This document shows positions 62,964 through 64,000 of a DNA stretch of 64,000 nucleotides, piece by piece. Within the stretch, counting starts at the first letter, position 1. The number at the start of each line of letters is the position of its first letter. Origin of the DNA: Chiloscyllium plagiosum (Eukaryota); the NCBI RefSeq assembly GCF_004010195.1, contig NC_057718.1:16072420-16136419 (forward strand), read 5' to 3'. The position numbers were made by a program, and so were the translations under genes. The notes under the pieces were generated by a model. That model ran no database searches. It saw nothing but the letters and a program-made list of their open reading frames with translations, and was not told where the DNA came from.

Positions 62964-63594
62964 ACTAGTCCTTGTGATTGAACCTCAAATATCCTGAAAC
63001 TACTACTGCTGTTGGTGAAAAATGACAACTCTTGAGAGCATGGTTCAAGTAATGATTTTATTTGAGCAGATGCAGGAGAGGAGCTTATCTAGCTTATTCA
63101 AAGAACTTCAGGATACATTTATAATTCTCAACTTTATACGCCAGTCTGTGATCTCAACCCTTAGTCTGCTAGTTTCTATGTAGCTCAACTGTCTTGTCTG
63201 GTTTTCAGCCACCATTTAAGACAAACCTAATTGGGCTATCTGTACAAATACTATGGTGACAAGAGTAGTTAGACAGAGGCTAAGAATCCCGCAGTAAGTA
63301 ACTCTGATTAACTCCTGACTTCCCACAGCTGACTTAATACTTAAAAGGCACGATTCAGGAGTGAGATGGAATAGTCCTTACTTGCCTGAATGAGCGTTGT
63401 TGTAACATTGTTACTGTGCAAGACAAAACAGCCTGCTTGATTAGCAGCATTCACTCTGCACCGCTGATGCTCAGTAGTAGTATTGTGTACCATGAGATGC
63501 ACTTCAGAAATTGAGGTTCTTGGGCTGTACCTTTTAAACTCATGCGAGTTTAACATCTAGAAGGCTAAGATAGCAAATACATGGGAACACCACC

Positions 63595-64000
63595 ACCTCC
63601 CACTCCGCCAAGGACATGCAGGTCCTTGGCCTCCTCCATCGCCAGACCATGGCAACACGACACCTGGAGGAAGAGTGCCCCATCTTCCACCTAGGAACCC
63701 TCCAACCACGAGGGATGAATGCAGATTTCTCCAGCTTCCTCACTCCCCCCCACCTTATCTCAGTCCCAGTCCTCGGACTCAGCACCGCCTTCTTGACCTG
63801 CAATCTTCTTCCCGACCTCTCCGCCCCACCCCCTCTCCGGCCTATCACCCTCACCTTAACTTCCTTCCACCTATCGCATTCCCAAAGCCCCTCCCCCAAG
63901 TCCCTCCTCCCTACTTTTTATCTTAGCCTGCTTGGCACACCCTCCTCATTCCTGAAGAAGGGCTTATGCCCGAAACATCGATTCTCCTGCTCCTTGGATG
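63595..64000 (+). mobile_element. Penelope-like family 1 3' end with hammerhead core at 63952-63975
   Basis: LEEECPIFHLGTLQPRGMN ORF end; ATTC-CTGAAGA-A-GGGC-TTAT-GCCC-GAA-ACAT-C. Confidence 0.88.

Noticed and set aside
1..64000. CRISPR arrays, operons or prokaryotic defence systems
   Set aside because: No regularly spaced repeats or gene-dense organisation; the sequence is vertebrate repeat-rich DNA

Overview
Eukaryotic, repeat-dominated genomic DNA from an elasmobranch (shark). This is inferred from HE1-type V-SINEs and the CR1 LINE 3' tails. No host protein-coding gene is confidently identifiable; the window looks intronic or intergenic. From the start: the 5' end of an apparently young L1 (1-411, minus) is inserted into a decayed class I (gamma/epsilon-like) endogenous retrovirus (412-~4882, minus; 5' LTR, tRNA-Leu-like PBS, splice donor, gag, RT). 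The rest is a nested mosaic of CR1, RTE and Tx1 LINEs, Gypsy relics, tRNA-derived SINEs, TA-flanked MITEs and at least four Penelope-like element (PLE) families. The most notable signal is about 15 minimal hammerhead-ribozyme cores (CUGA(U/A)GA-stemII-GAA-palindrome) on both strands, in PLE termini and in tiny TSD-flanked fold-back insertions. Family assignments come from motifs recognised by eye, and boundaries of old repeats are approximate.
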